DNA from: a virus
Taxonomy: Duplodnaviria > Caudoviricetes
DNA length: 60,450 nt
Virus record (IMG/VR): IMGVR_UViG_3300027740_000026
Location: 1 to 60,450 of that record
Strand: one strand, 5' to 3'
Shown: piece by piece, positions 49,401-57,136 of the stretch
How positions within the stretch are numbered: the first letter of the stretch is position 1
Layout: each line of letters starts with the position of its first letter
Position numbers and translations under genes: made by a program
Notes under the pieces: model-generated
Told to the model about the DNA's origin: nothing
Databases searched by the model: none
What the model saw: only the letters and a program-made list of their open reading frames with translations

Positions 49401-52366
49401 TGGCTCTTGCTACCAAAGACAATCTTTCACCGGGTGAGACTCAGGCTGCAAGGTGGGGGACAGAACGAGTTGACTGGAAAAAGGACGGAGATGGCTTCAT
49501 TGTCAGCGTAAAAGAACAGGAAGGCGGTGACGCTGGAGGGATAGACATAGAAGGGGAGGCCAGGCGGCGCGGTGTGCTTTTGGAAAAGAAAGGCATCACG
49601 GTTACTTCAAAAGAAGAGTTGATGTCTGCCCTAAAAAGAGGCTTGCGTGAAGATAAATCTCAAAAGGTAGCCGACGCGATATGGTCAAGGATGCAAGCGG
49701 AGAAAGAGGGTACTTACAAGCCGCGCCTTGAATCGTTTAAGAAGCTTTATGACGAAGGGATTATCCCCATGCTGGAAGCCTACGGCAAAGGGAAGATGGA
49801 GGAGGCGGAAGTCGTTCTTGAAAAAGGCGGGATGAGGCCCCACCCAGACGGGATGATGGTAGAGACAGCGGAAGAGCGCGTTACCATGCCATACCTGCCA
49901 ATCAGCCCGGCAACCCCGTCAAGATTCCCGATGTTTTCCAGGCAGAAACAAGGACCGCTCGACCGATATAAAGAGCTTGTCAAAACCTTGCGAGACGATA
50001 AGGTAGATATCTACGAGAAGCAAAAAGCACTTGAAACCCACATCAAGAAAGCATTGCCTCCTGTTGAGCGATTTCGGGTAATCCATCTTATCAAGAACAT
50101 TGCCAAACCAGAGACAAAAGAGGGCCGAGAAAAAGCCCTTGCCTTGGCGATTGAGAAGGTTGAAGAGGCCCACGAGAAAAAACAAAGCGTGCTGTCAAAG
50201 ATTCTTGACGACAAAGCTATTCTTGCCAGGCGCCGGGAGAACATTAAAAACATCCGTGACTATCTTGGTCTGACCGATAACGACATGAAAAAGGTCAGCA
50301 AAAAAGATATCCGGTTGATGAGTGACCCTGAATTCAAGAAGTTCAAGATTGATCTTTACAATCTGGCTGTTGACTTCGCAGAGCACAAACAGGCAAAACT
50401 CGAACTGATGGATATTATCTACCGGAAGCAGTTAAGGGATGTGGAGAATCTTCAGAAAGCAATGGAACTGCCGACCATCTCAAAGATGACAAAAGAGCAG
50501 CTTGAAGAGTTTGCCGAAATCCTTGACCGGTATGAAATAGACGACAGGTTTCTAACCCAAAGACAGCTTGAGACTGTAGACGCTACTGATTTGAAGGGAA
50601 TTAAGACGTGGCGCGAAGCAATGGAAAAGCTTGCGGAAGAGACCGGTCATTCCGTTGAAGAATTGAGCAAGATAAAAGTTGATGGATGGGACGGGTTCAC
50701 CTGGGACACCCGTCTTGCCATGAAGAATCCGTTTTATAAAATGATGGTTGAGGAGATCCACAAAAACCTGCTTAATGCACAGGCCGCTTCATTTGGCGTG
50801 GAAGACAGGTTCCGCAAGCTCTATAAAGCAGCATGGAAAAGCAGACCACGAAAGCTGATTGACCGCCTTATTCCAACAGATGAGCGTGTTTTTGATTTCA
50901 TTGAATCTGGGATGGCGAACAGTGAAGACATGACGCCGGCAGAAATTGACCTGGCTCATTTCATCCAGAAATACTTTGCTGACGCTCTCACCAACCTCAT
51001 TGAGACCAAAGTCCTTGAAAAAGGCCGGGAGAATTACTTTGTCCACATGAGGCGGTCGTTTCTTGAGACATGGAAAGACGATGGCCTGATGTCCGCATTC
51101 AAGAATATGTTCAAGTCTCAGGAGCAAGACCAGGCTGTCTTTGAAATTCTTGATGACGATACCGGGAACATCCTTCCGCTACAAAAGTTTTTTCAGTTTA
51201 GCCTGCGGAGAACTGGAGCCTTAACGCCTACAAAGAATATCGGCAAGGCATTCATGACTTACGTCCATACTTTCGAGAAGAAAAAAGCATTGGACGCCAC
51301 TTTCCCAAAAATGATGATTTACGCTCAATCTTTAACCCCTGAGACTTACACACCAAGAGGCCTTGAAACAGACAGGAGCCTGCTTAAATTCACCAAGCAA
51401 TGGCTGAATAACAAGAAGGGCAGGCGCTTGAGTTTTGACGGCAGGATCAAGCAGGGCGGCAGACTGGACACGACCATAGTCGGCATGAGAACATTTACCA
51501 CACTGCTCGATCTTGGCTTAAATATTCCGGTCGGGGTTGCTTCGTTCGTCGGAGAGCAGACCACAAACTTTGCCATGATGGGAACAAAGGCATGGGCTAA
51601 GGGCGCGGCCAGGATGAACACCACGAAGGGCAAGCTCTTCTTGATGAAATATAAGAACTTCACGGGCCGGTCAATGTGGGAAGAATTCACAGATCCAGGA
51701 AAGGAAATAACCGAACGGTTGTCAACTGGAATATTCGGACTTTTCCACACTGCTTCCGTGGCTGCAAACAAGCAGTATTTGCTCGGAATGATTACCGATG
51801 AAGAATACAACAGCGGGAAAATCAGCGACAAAAGACTGGCGCAACTCAAAATAGATATGGGCCGACTGAGAATGGTGCCTGGAACTTCTTCTCTGGTTGG
51901 TTCAACATCTTTGGGTAGTGCTGGCGTACAATACAAGAAGTGGGCGGTGCCCATTCTCGGTCAAACCGTAGAAGATGCCAGCAAGTTGATAAAGGACATT
52001 AAAGGAAGGAAGAAAGGAGCCTTGTCAACAACTGAGGCAAAAGAGCTTTACAGGATTATAGGTTTAACATCAACCGTCCTTATTGCATTGTCTATGCTTA
52101 GTGGCGACGATGACGATGATTTTATGGGGCAAATCGGGTCAAAGACTCAAAGAGAATCGTTGACACTACTGCAAGCTTTAGACCCGAAAATATGGCTTTC
52201 CACGCCAAGAACGTTGAAATTCTTGAATGATCTTGGTAATAATATACATGCCGTCATCAAGATGGAAAAATATAAAACAAAAGAAGGATATAAAGGCGTT
52301 GAAGGCTTAAAACGCCAGCTTTCTCCGCACATCTACAAGCAAATTAAAAAAGGACTGGAGGAATAA
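40469..52366 (+). CDS. Giant (3965 aa) polyvalent internal virion/ejection protein
   Basis: Two ParB-like motifs (IIEGAHRY; DHEGRHRM), DUF5710-like (YLSVPYEDR..AK..GAKFD...WYV), two HExxH motifs (HEVSH, HELSH). Confidence 0.85.
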   Translation: MLEEFVELYQDPGFNSLSQQDKEKVFRGYFEDNVDREFFSLPPEQQEIARTNFVREQTLPEPEPTVLGEAGKAASAIVPKWLGTLGSGVEAFGEGVSKAGAEDIGGKISDIGAGSKKYWGQKVEGLAAHPDIQGAILDKPSLAVDPKWWAYNTIDMAGSLIPTIAGYAIGGKPLSGAVGGSMEASQTWDDMRKAGVSPEKAGAAALAVGVGTGILNALGVDKMLTKRAGAGFASKVKNFLISGTWEGGTEWAEEPFVAVVEGITQGKPWQEIAQDVKKRTKEGFNVFPPSMLLGGIGGSSTRPTEKPKTAETGEKTQEASRVQQPVTSEKILSSLKESLSEGQISPDEVRANINEFAEQGVTPEQVEAVIRSFKPEQPIQQRADETTPAARRATESQFKAQQELKEQPGWMQTDKPARDDSDFLQQMQKSREYAKAKNQPGASLRFEGEFDPNQVVSGEDGLPLLFKNPILAIRYAQKNAPGAKWLKTDNGVVLIGGKKPEQKSVEATQHGKIRQQELRDVVDADPLNAVAREIQKEGGIRLTDDIKNTYSADTRNQLNKRYPGLFSNNGKIYGDEAAEKAGFESLDSFVEALKTSKTKSEIGKLAREPDLSHIDDIVKAGLEPTVDALGRPAKMRAIDLALGDEVQASGDDVPADRYTVKGIDKAGRVVLEDGVEVRVDADTELDVEGRKRSGKDFDENNLLPLRKGEEAEDPFSYEQGNIEPNEKEITGSGREAEGAVDGKSVVGAVGERPVQKPERSRAVRADDAPGKGVQGVEPWQNSDLATSPNISPSRVTAKKQADGKYGMVFIGTGNEVFPGERFSSVKEARDFFKVQQAKAQAATLSAQGASTESGLTPQGAIKAKPSPTGESATYNPFRNKAEKARKKYESMSGRTVRDDAMEKSFPLGAGFGRGTQRSRDKAIDSSVARATRIVEARREMDQLEAQADAYDRGEITAQGRRTKSEKLVVAEKELRRREKMLPIINRPDGATVITREQWNKTHADYKAISVSRDGTYRYRSMIINGALTPVFMTDAKETGLPKTKASQVNKTPESLTKQPVKESQVGSDTDQAASETLLSAPGSTTQPPTPVTDGQPVRANEKPTASVKVPSGAPVGVGAVASTPEETYPTSGEKVDGRTVRQTVPNLSSIESSIPDGEELAGVREVQMSLFTLDESPLATDARTKKLAEEIRASGEISPLIVGVDSKGPYIIEGAHRYDALKILRAKSFPAVVVIDNEAIEAKTVTAPAIKQQSSKEAEPDQQVAPSTPDDAGLKSSKPASEMTAAELLRAAADKMDGKAEKRSDAETATEDTAKQAEQTEEKAVTEKTTKSAADLSTKDDITGDKQEAITLPPGNFSREKLTITKRGRKWFEATREGKTYPVKVEINETSTGWEVGQTYPTPANIDVNSSRYGATTTIYPLSDNQERESKRVSTIPEIKKWLAFVEEKAPDYIYQNGVDKLKSLGIDDHPELQARLDAAIDSVKVAKKKAATAKDEAKKAEAAIPRIYLSVPYEDRAIAKRNGAKFDGDRSQWYVTGSVPEGLKKYGTDGPGGSGVLPDEQFRIGGGQGYGWREMHPGETMRNPRDAGPKYITIISASKKYFRDDGMSFGVGDEQGYVFSAIAREATEEESAPLRTKEAASAEKKRAKKALQGIAAEIQKDGERPDGSNVTGGTHYSDTQNIYGGGEWFTIGDEYIWYVKNNGMDGDNWSSNNVSTGGAGGIGWRVPFDEKLAERIKKESAIASPSKDASLYSHAAQTYATTPAEVEAELRKSFLGKGTDNLIKRDKLEVVRTETGLPDWIGRALKSVMHRRYKRDTPMSDWGHALFADDGDSVKHYGDFHYTVDTARLGDKLVYADSNEFTNALRSALDEYGDDYGLNSYQQDGQTREELIEALVDEANPDDIVNSAGIWDSDLVELVWNKVMEPNGWTVVKTDDGGIAFEESDINPLYSKDGTIVGAYDPKGGKDGKGGKIWLVADKIAKGQAAGVALHEVSHALLLSDEKYMAARAKIEADFERLEKIGHKAVKAAFARVPEDTPAEFRTTEGIGYFLENAANKPQPLYKRIISAIKMALMRLGIPTTRMTEADFVTLFTAGARNWARKTDQFAEAGNMVGDTVPAMLSQMAKEFGISIEEARSLKAGWTDRRVDNEIQYAAYDDGRTKAVIGFVNPQDFVLATTPSKTSAASISESAKPLDIDKMRKESQSPYLVVEEDEHIIDHEGRHRMSALAKAGVTSAPIVLDYRRPANRNDVETIELEGQSFEFGGTGKTLTVSGVIPLTFENKTRLKQLMGETDIRYSKQRTESEMKELGLRRHNGHQPLAEKLGKIIGQKVTAWRLPDAIYRQDRKGRVDTTGSPRGEHEFAGRLADIFKKRIVWVEITGGINGVVLMRDKLMRDTIFVNVFADKPAHVIFGHELSHHIEQDTPELFDALYEAIEPLIKNTETYKTTRDINLSDKGVKKEIIGDLLGDNFNNPAFWQAVEAHTEKGKFRRLIDKVVAWLDGVLAHFTDFGSSQFVDDTQEARDSLAFIVAEYGVSRREDGRWGNGEVRYSQAEIQEAAKAIYSKLEQVAASAFQGMKAQSVLNFLNKQGVKKTEIEATGLDAWIKAKKPADKVSRGELLDFVKANTVELEDVVLGGGLTADEQKERKSLIAEEQNLGREIGKIEREQDELIDDQEEVVVNGVGFAVGRSGQVLYDNKMFEYNKAEEEYVNSLGEDNIDSIQASIFREKGGAKKDHRREAEERQKTYSTERYRERFEARNKKPKKSDLFNYNIVPEKILRETLAKNELSRLLNLAQKEKDLLTRKENLIRKKTQISRKIGSFKEDDTHFSQYVEPGGVEGSYREMFVTAPPSNAEGTRSDLRKLRESFEEKYGEDFTVSMLSATEKTEYESLGRTAGRRQSTWQDGHSQYSDVKNPVIRIRFNTVEADGKKILRIEEMQGPNPDNQAKMPTHLLDNIYNLGVKRILAYAKENGFDGVALATKDNLSPGETQAARWGTERVDWKKDGDGFIVSVKEQEGGDAGGIDIEGEARRRGVLLEKKGITVTSKEELMSALKRGLREDKSQKVADAIWSRMQAEKEGTYKPRLESFKKLYDEGIIPMLEAYGKGKMEEAEVVLEKGGMRPHPDGMMVETAEERVTMPYLPISPATPSRFPMFSRQKQGPLDRYKELVKTLRDDKVDIYEKQKALETHIKKALPPVERFRVIHLIKNIAKPETKEGREKALALAIEKVEEAHEKKQSVLSKILDDKAILARRRENIKNIRDYLGLTDNDMKKVSKKDIRLMSDPEFKKFKIDLYNLAVDFAEHKQAKLELMDIIYRKQLRDVENLQKAMELPTISKMTKEQLEEFAEILDRYEIDDRFLTQRQLETVDATDLKGIKTWREAMEKLAEETGHSVEELSKIKVDGWDGFTWDTRLAMKNPFYKMMVEEIHKNLLNAQAASFGVEDRFRKLYKAAWKSRPRKLIDRLIPTDERVFDFIESGMANSEDMTPAEIDLAHFIQKYFADALTNLIETKVLEKGRENYFVHMRRSFLETWKDDGLMSAFKNMFKSQEQDQAVFEILDDDTGNILPLQKFFQFSLRRTGALTPTKNIGKAFMTYVHTFEKKKALDATFPKMMIYAQSLTPETYTPRGLETDRSLLKFTKQWLNNKKGRRLSFDGRIKQGGRLDTTIVGMRTFTTLLDLGLNIPVGVASFVGEQTTNFAMMGTKAWAKGAARMNTTKGKLFLMKYKNFTGRSMWEEFTDPGKEITERLSTGIFGLFHTASVAANKQYLLGMITDEEYNSGKISDKRLAQLKIDMGRLRMVPGTSSLVGSTSLGSAGVQYKKWAVPILGQTVEDASKLIKDIKGRKKGALSTTEAKELYRIIGLTSTVLIALSMLSGDDDDDFMGQIGSKTQRESLTLLQALDPKIWLSTPRTLKFLNDLGNNIHAVIKMEKYKTKEGYKGVEGLKRQLSPHIYKQIKKGLEE

Positions 52367-52370
52367 AAAA

Positions 52371-53207
52371 ATGTTGAAAACTTTGGCAATGCTGCCGGTT
52401 GTTCTTTTTCTTGCGACAACTTCTTTAGCGGGGATGTTGCCTGGAATGCCTCCGCAACCATATGTTATGGGGGCTGATTTTGATTCCCATGTCGCAGAGC
52501 AAGCAAATGACAGCAACACGGGACATATCCAAACCGCAACCGCCGCTCAGGCAACGACAGGAACAAACGATAGCGTTGCTTTGGTTCCTTCCAATATCGG
52601 CTCAATATCCCACAACGGCCTTGCCAATGTTAAAGATGCCAACGACACTGTTTCTGGCCATATTCAAACCGCCACAGACGCACAAACAGCCGCAGGGACA
52701 AACGATTCTGTGGCTGTAACGCCAGCAGGTTTAGCATCGGTAGGATTTATAACAGCGGTATCAAATGATACTACCCCTCAAGCTGGCGGCAATCTTGATA
52801 TGCAAAGTTTTAATATTGATAATGCTGGTATTGTTGATGCAGACCGCTATAAGTCAGGCTCAGGCAGCGTCATCAACAAAAGTGAAAACGACTCAGTAGA
52901 CGCTGCTTACGACGGTGCCTTTGTCCAGATCGGAAATGATTCACCCGACAACATGCGCCTGACATGGATAGTGTCAGAGTTTCATGCCGGTTCACAGGGT
53001 ATCTTCTGCCCACCAGACAAAGACCTTACCCTATACTACGATATCACCGGGGGAAACTTTAATTACAACGGAACCCCACTGGATGATAATGACGCCCTCC
53101 AGCACAGCAACGACAGCCGGGAGTGCATAGGCTGGATCTTTAATGATTCTAACACATGCCTTATCAAATCAGGTCAGGGTGGCCTGGCCGATGCAGGGGC
53201 GATATAA
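52371..53207 (+). CDS. Tail fibre-like protein with signal peptide
   Basis: MLKTLAMLPVVLFLATTSLA; twice GHIQTAT.AQ..GTNDSVA; DTTPQAGGNLD. Confidence 0.7.
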   Translation: MLKTLAMLPVVLFLATTSLAGMLPGMPPQPYVMGADFDSHVAEQANDSNTGHIQTATAAQATTGTNDSVALVPSNIGSISHNGLANVKDANDTVSGHIQTATDAQTAAGTNDSVAVTPAGLASVGFITAVSNDTTPQAGGNLDMQSFNIDNAGIVDADRYKSGSGSVINKSENDSVDAAYDGAFVQIGNDSPDNMRLTWIVSEFHAGSQGIFCPPDKDLTLYYDITGGNFNYNGTPLDDNDALQHSNDSRECIGWIFNDSNTCLIKSGQGGLADAGAI

Positions 53208-53956
53208 TGAGAATATTATCCATAATCCTTGCAGTCCTTCTTTTCTGCTCCAATGCAGATGCCGGGGTCCTGACAAGAAATTTCTCCCTGTTCATGGGGG
53301 GAACAGGTGGCAATGACGAGTATACAATGCTCTTACTCCCCATGGATGGAACAGATGGATCAATTTCTTTCCCTGATTCATCCTTTGGCGGGGTTAATTC
53401 ACCCCATACTGTAACCGCTGCTGGTAACGCTCAGGTAGATACGGCCATAGCCGAGCCGTGGGGGACAAATAATGGGGTTGGGCTGTTTGACGGGACTGGT
53501 GACTATTTAAGCATTCCGGATAGTGCGGATTTTACTTTTACTTCAGATTTTACGATTGATTTTTGGGCGTATGTATCTTCAAGTTTTCCAAGTGCAAACC
53601 CTTATTTGATACATTCTCTTAATGGCATCAGTGATGTTGCAATACAGTATAGGAATTCAGACACCCCCGATCATTTAAGCTTTATCATAGATGGAGTTCA
53701 GACGGATTGTACTGCTCCATCTTTAAATGCGTGGCATCATATCGCCCTAGTTCGTAGTGGTGGAATAAATACTCTTTATTCTGACGGGGTGGCATTGGGC
53801 AGTATAGCAGACTCAGATACTCTGATTATGACTTCCATACACATAGGCTCTAATGTAAATCCGGTATCCAATAATTTTAACGGTAAACTTGATGAATTTC
53901 GTGTTTCAAAAGGGATTGCTCGGGAAATAAAAGTGCAGTCTTACCCCTATGATTAA
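53207..53956 (+). CDS. LamG/concanavalin-like fibre domain protein with signal peptide
   Basis: LLLPMDG.DGS..F.D, FDGTGDYL, FTIDFW, WHHIALVR, LDEFRVSKGIAR; MRILSIILAVLLFCSNADA. Confidence 0.8.
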   Translation: MRILSIILAVLLFCSNADAGVLTRNFSLFMGGTGGNDEYTMLLLPMDGTDGSISFPDSSFGGVNSPHTVTAAGNAQVDTAIAEPWGTNNGVGLFDGTGDYLSIPDSADFTFTSDFTIDFWAYVSSSFPSANPYLIHSLNGISDVAIQYRNSDTPDHLSFIIDGVQTDCTAPSLNAWHHIALVRSGGINTLYSDGVALGSIADSDTLIMTSIHIGSNVNPVSNNFNGKLDEFRVSKGIAREIKVQSYPYD

Positions 53957-53965
53957 GGAGAAAAT

Positions 53966-54583
53966 ATGAAAAAAGTAATGTTGAAAATAATGTTCGTCAT
54001 TTTGCTGATAGCAACCCCGGCATGGGCTGAGTTTTGCACCGTCGATGACGTGTGTTATCAGTCCGGTAAAACTGTGCAAGTCGGTAAGCACAAGTACACC
54101 AAGGAGGCCGCAAACCAGATAGGGCTCTATGAAGTAAGCCGAGTATGCGAGTATCCTGAGTGCAGCACTGTCGTAGAATCATCCAGCCTGGTCGGGAACA
54201 AGATTGTGAAGAAATTCGCCCAGAAGCCATGGGCCGAGATTGTGTCACAGAAGACAGCGGAGAATAAAACCGCCTGCGACGCTGTAATCTTCCAATCGTG
54301 GGTTGACACCGAGACTGGAGTTGTTTTACCGAACTCCACGGTGAACCAGCTTGGAATCCTAGCAACCGGCCAAGGGAATACCGATCATGTGGTCGAACGC
54401 CTCGACGGAACAACCAGCCGATGGGACGTGAAAATCACTCCAGGCAAGGCCAAGGCGGTCATTGAGGAGTATCGGGTCTTTACCGATACTAACCAGACAA
54501 CACTTGATACCAAGAATGAGGCATGTCGTGCGTGTGCGGCATATGATTATAACTGTCTGAGTGCATGTACCTGGGAGCCGTAA
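53966..54583 (+). CDS. Cys-rich fibre-assembly-like protein with signal peptide
   Basis: MKKVMLKIMFVILLIATPAWA; several Cys pairs. Confidence 0.6.
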   Translation: MKKVMLKIMFVILLIATPAWAEFCTVDDVCYQSGKTVQVGKHKYTKEAANQIGLYEVSRVCEYPECSTVVESSSLVGNKIVKKFAQKPWAEIVSQKTAENKTACDAVIFQSWVDTETGVVLPNSTVNQLGILATGQGNTDHVVERLDGTTSRWDVKITPGKAKAVIEEYRVFTDTNQTTLDTKNEACRACAAYDYNCLSACTWEP

Positions 54584-54588
54584 ATACT

Positions 54589-54903
54589 ATGAATGCCCCC
54601 TTTTATAATTTCCTATTAACAGTTATGCGAGAATTTGGCCCTTACGCATTGGTATGTATCGGACTATGTATCGTTGTCTGGTATCAAGAAAGGAAGATTG
54701 GTAGTATTTTCAAAGCGTTTCTCGCCATGCAGAATAAACACGATGCCGACAGGGATGATTGGTTCTCCTCAAAAGAAAAGGGTGGGGAGCTACACGCTGA
54801 TAGATTAACAGAACTTCACAAAACAACTCTTGACCACATAAAGGAAAGTGCGACCAAAATTTCAGAATTGACGGTTGCGGTAAATGCCTGTTCAAGGAGA
54901 TGA
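54589..54903 (+). CDS. Putative holin
   Basis: Single TM helix; immediately upstream of the endolysin. Confidence 0.55.
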   Translation: MNAPFYNFLLTVMREFGPYALVCIGLCIVVWYQERKIGSIFKAFLAMQNKHDADRDDWFSSKEKGGELHADRLTELHKTTLDHIKESATKISELTVAVNACSRR

Positions 54904-55310
54904 AAAGAGTTGCGATACTTGCGCTCATAATCATTTTCGTTGGGATGCCTGTCGTGACGCAGAAACAAAACTTGTTTGTTGGAGATATAGACTTGATAAC
55001 ACAGAAAAAACAGAGCAAATTCGCAAGGATGTACGCCAGGCTGATACTTCACGCAGAGATCCTTGGATATGAAGTAACTCTTGGGGATACTTTCAGAGAT
55101 GACAGGGCAACGTTCCCTTATGAAGAAGCTCCGAGATTGCACCACTTGAAGTTAGCGGGGGATTTAAACCTATTCAAAGATGGCGTTTATCTCTCGACAT
55201 TTGACGATCATTTGCCACTTGGTTTATATTGGGAATCTATAGGGGGCTCGTGGGGAGGACGGTTCCATGACCCTAATCACTACTCACTTGAGCATGAGGG
55301 AATGAAATGA
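54900..55310 (+). CDS. Endolysin, M15 metallopeptidase with N-terminal anchor
   Basis: LHHLKLAGDLNLF, WESIGGSWGGRF.DPNHYS. Confidence 0.85.
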   Translation: MKRVAILALIIIFVGMPVVTQKQNLFVGDIDLITQKKQSKFARMYARLILHAEILGYEVTLGDTFRDDRATFPYEEAPRLHHLKLAGDLNLFKDGVYLSTFDDHLPLGLYWESIGGSWGGRFHDPNHYSLEHEGMK

Positions 55311-55621
55311 AGACTTGGTTTGTTTTATATGTTTGTGCTTGTTTTGTAATTTCAGGATGTTCAACAAAACTCGCTGGCTACTGCGAACCGGGAGAGAAAA
55401 AATTGATCGATGTCCTAAACCCATTGAATGGGGAAACTTACACAGTTGACGACTGCTTGAAGGCTGAGAGGGCATTCTCAGCAGATGGCGAGATTTTCAT
55501 CTATGACAATCGCCAACAGGCTACGCCGATTGAGGAGACCAACGCAGTCCAGAGGGCGTTGAGAATAATCGTTCCTGTTGGCATTACCGGGGCCGCTGGA
55601 GTTGCTGCTGCAGGGATGTAA
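55307..55621 (+). CDS. Lipoprotein, candidate unimolecular spanin
   Basis: Lipobox ISGC plus hydrophobic C-terminus IIVPVGITGAAGVAAAGM. Confidence 0.55.
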   Translation: MKTWFVLYVCACFVISGCSTKLAGYCEPGEKKLIDVLNPLNGETYTVDDCLKAERAFSADGEIFIYDNRQQATPIEETNAVQRALRIIVPVGITGAAGVAAAGM

Positions 55622-55622
55622 A

Positions 55623-56042
55623 GTGATCGACCGCAAGCATATCCATTACCGGAAGGGCTACAAATATCAGTCGGCAGAAAGTTTCATCTGCCACGTCAAT
55701 ATATTCCCAGACTTTGATATTATCACAGAATTTATTCAGCTCCGCACAGATGGAACTTTGTTTATCCGCAAAGGTTATGCTTGGGATGGAGCAAGCGGCC
55801 CAACATATGACGACAGGTACAACATGCGAGGGAGTCTGGTACATGATGCTTTGTACCAGCTTATTCGTCATGGTTTAATCAGAATTGAGAATAGGGAAGT
55901 TGTTGATGAGGAGTTTTACCTTATCATCATTGAAGATGGCATGAACAGTTTTCGGGCTTGGTACTATTGGAAAGCTGTTGGATTGTTTGGCAACAGCTCC
56001 GCAGATAAAAAAGCGATCAAAAAGATTTACGAGGCTCCTTGA
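55623..56042 (+). CDS. DUF1353-like protein
   Basis: GYAWDGASGP, SLVHDALYQ, RAWYYWKAV..FG. Confidence 0.75.
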   Translation: MIDRKHIHYRKGYKYQSAESFICHVNIFPDFDIITEFIQLRTDGTLFIRKGYAWDGASGPTYDDRYNMRGSLVHDALYQLIRHGLIRIENREVVDEEFYLIIIEDGMNSFRAWYYWKAVGLFGNSSADKKAIKKIYEAP

Positions 56043-56108
56043 TTTCCCGCCACTCCATTTTTGGTTCAATCAGGTTTCAGCACGGCAAACCACGTTTTTT
56101 TCGTTTCG

Positions 56109-56315
56109 TTACGCCTCATAGAGAAGTGGGTACTTCGGTACATCGCAGAATGACTTTTTGGGACATACCGAGCACATTTCTTCGTTAAAAATCGGTCCAC
56201 CGTCGCATGCGCAATCTGGCTGACTTTCTGGGCCGGTTAGTTGCCCACAGTCCAAACAACAGCAATCGATTTTCACATATTCATCTTTTATATTCCGGTC
56301 ACTCATAATCACCAT
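56109..56315 (-). CDS. Small Cys-rich protein
   Basis: ORF at the end of the leftward arm. Confidence 0.5.
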   Translation of the reverse strand: MVIMSDRNIKDEYVKIDCCCLDCGQLTGPESQPDCACDGGPIFNEEMCSVCPKKSFCDVPKYPLLYEA

Positions 56316-56623
56316 CCAGTGAACTCAGGAAATTTAGCAAGCTTCTTTAGTGGAATGCAAATGCAATATTCCCATTCTGGTTCTTCGCTATCGTCAGAAA
56401 TGAATGGATTGAAAATTCCAACAAACTCCACTCCGCTTGGGTCATTTTTATTCTCTTTCAGCAAGATAAACCAGCCGGAATATTCTTCTTCGACAGAGAG
56501 GTTGTTTATGTCCGTGAGCACATTCCTCAGAGATCTTTGGACATTCATAATCTTTATGCGGTCCTGCTTTCTTTCTTCTTTCTCTTGCAGCAAAGCAAGT
56601 TGGAGCGCTATTTTTTGATTCAT
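56309..56623 (-). CDS. Hypothetical protein
   Basis: ATGA-coupled operon. Confidence 0.55.
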   Translation of the reverse strand: MNQKIALQLALLQEKEERKQDRIKIMNVQRSLRNVLTDINNLSVEEEYSGWFILLKENKNDPSGVEFVGIFNPFISDDSEEPEWEYCICIPLKKLAKFPEFTGW

Positions 56624-56820
56624 GTCTTTTCCTCTAAAATTTTTGTTGAAAGATAATGCCTACAAATTTTGTCGTGAAATACTGGCCTGGTCATGCCCCC
56701 GTAAGTGGCTTTACGAAATGAACAAACTACTAGATGAACACATCTTGTGCAAGAAGCAATAGTCTGGCTTGCTACTTTATCGGTTCCCTCTATCCCTATT
56801 GCCACCTCTATCCCTGCCAT
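56620..56820 (-). CDS. Small Cys-containing protein
   Basis: GGAGG RBS; CxxC..C motif. Confidence 0.55.
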   Translation of the reverse strand: MAGIEVAIGIEGTDKVASQTIASCTRCVHLVVCSFRKATYGGMTRPVFHDKICRHYLSTKILEEKT

Positions 56821-57136
56821 ATCTCCACCTCCGTTGTTATTTTGTTGAAAAATACTTGACTTTTAAAGAGGTCACGAAGTAGATTTATTTTATTCTCCAT
56901 TCCCTCCCGTTAAGCCCCCGGTGTGCAAATGCTGGGGGCTTTTTAATTCCCATCCACGTTTTACAATTTTTGCCCGATACCCTTCTGTACTGCATGCATC
57001 GAGGTGGAGATTAACTATCCTTCTTATCGCTGCCTCCCGCGTTTTTTCGCTGGGTGCAATACCAAACAGCATATATACCAAATACGCCGCCACATATACC
57101 CCCTACAATATAGAACATAACGAAAACGAGGAAACC

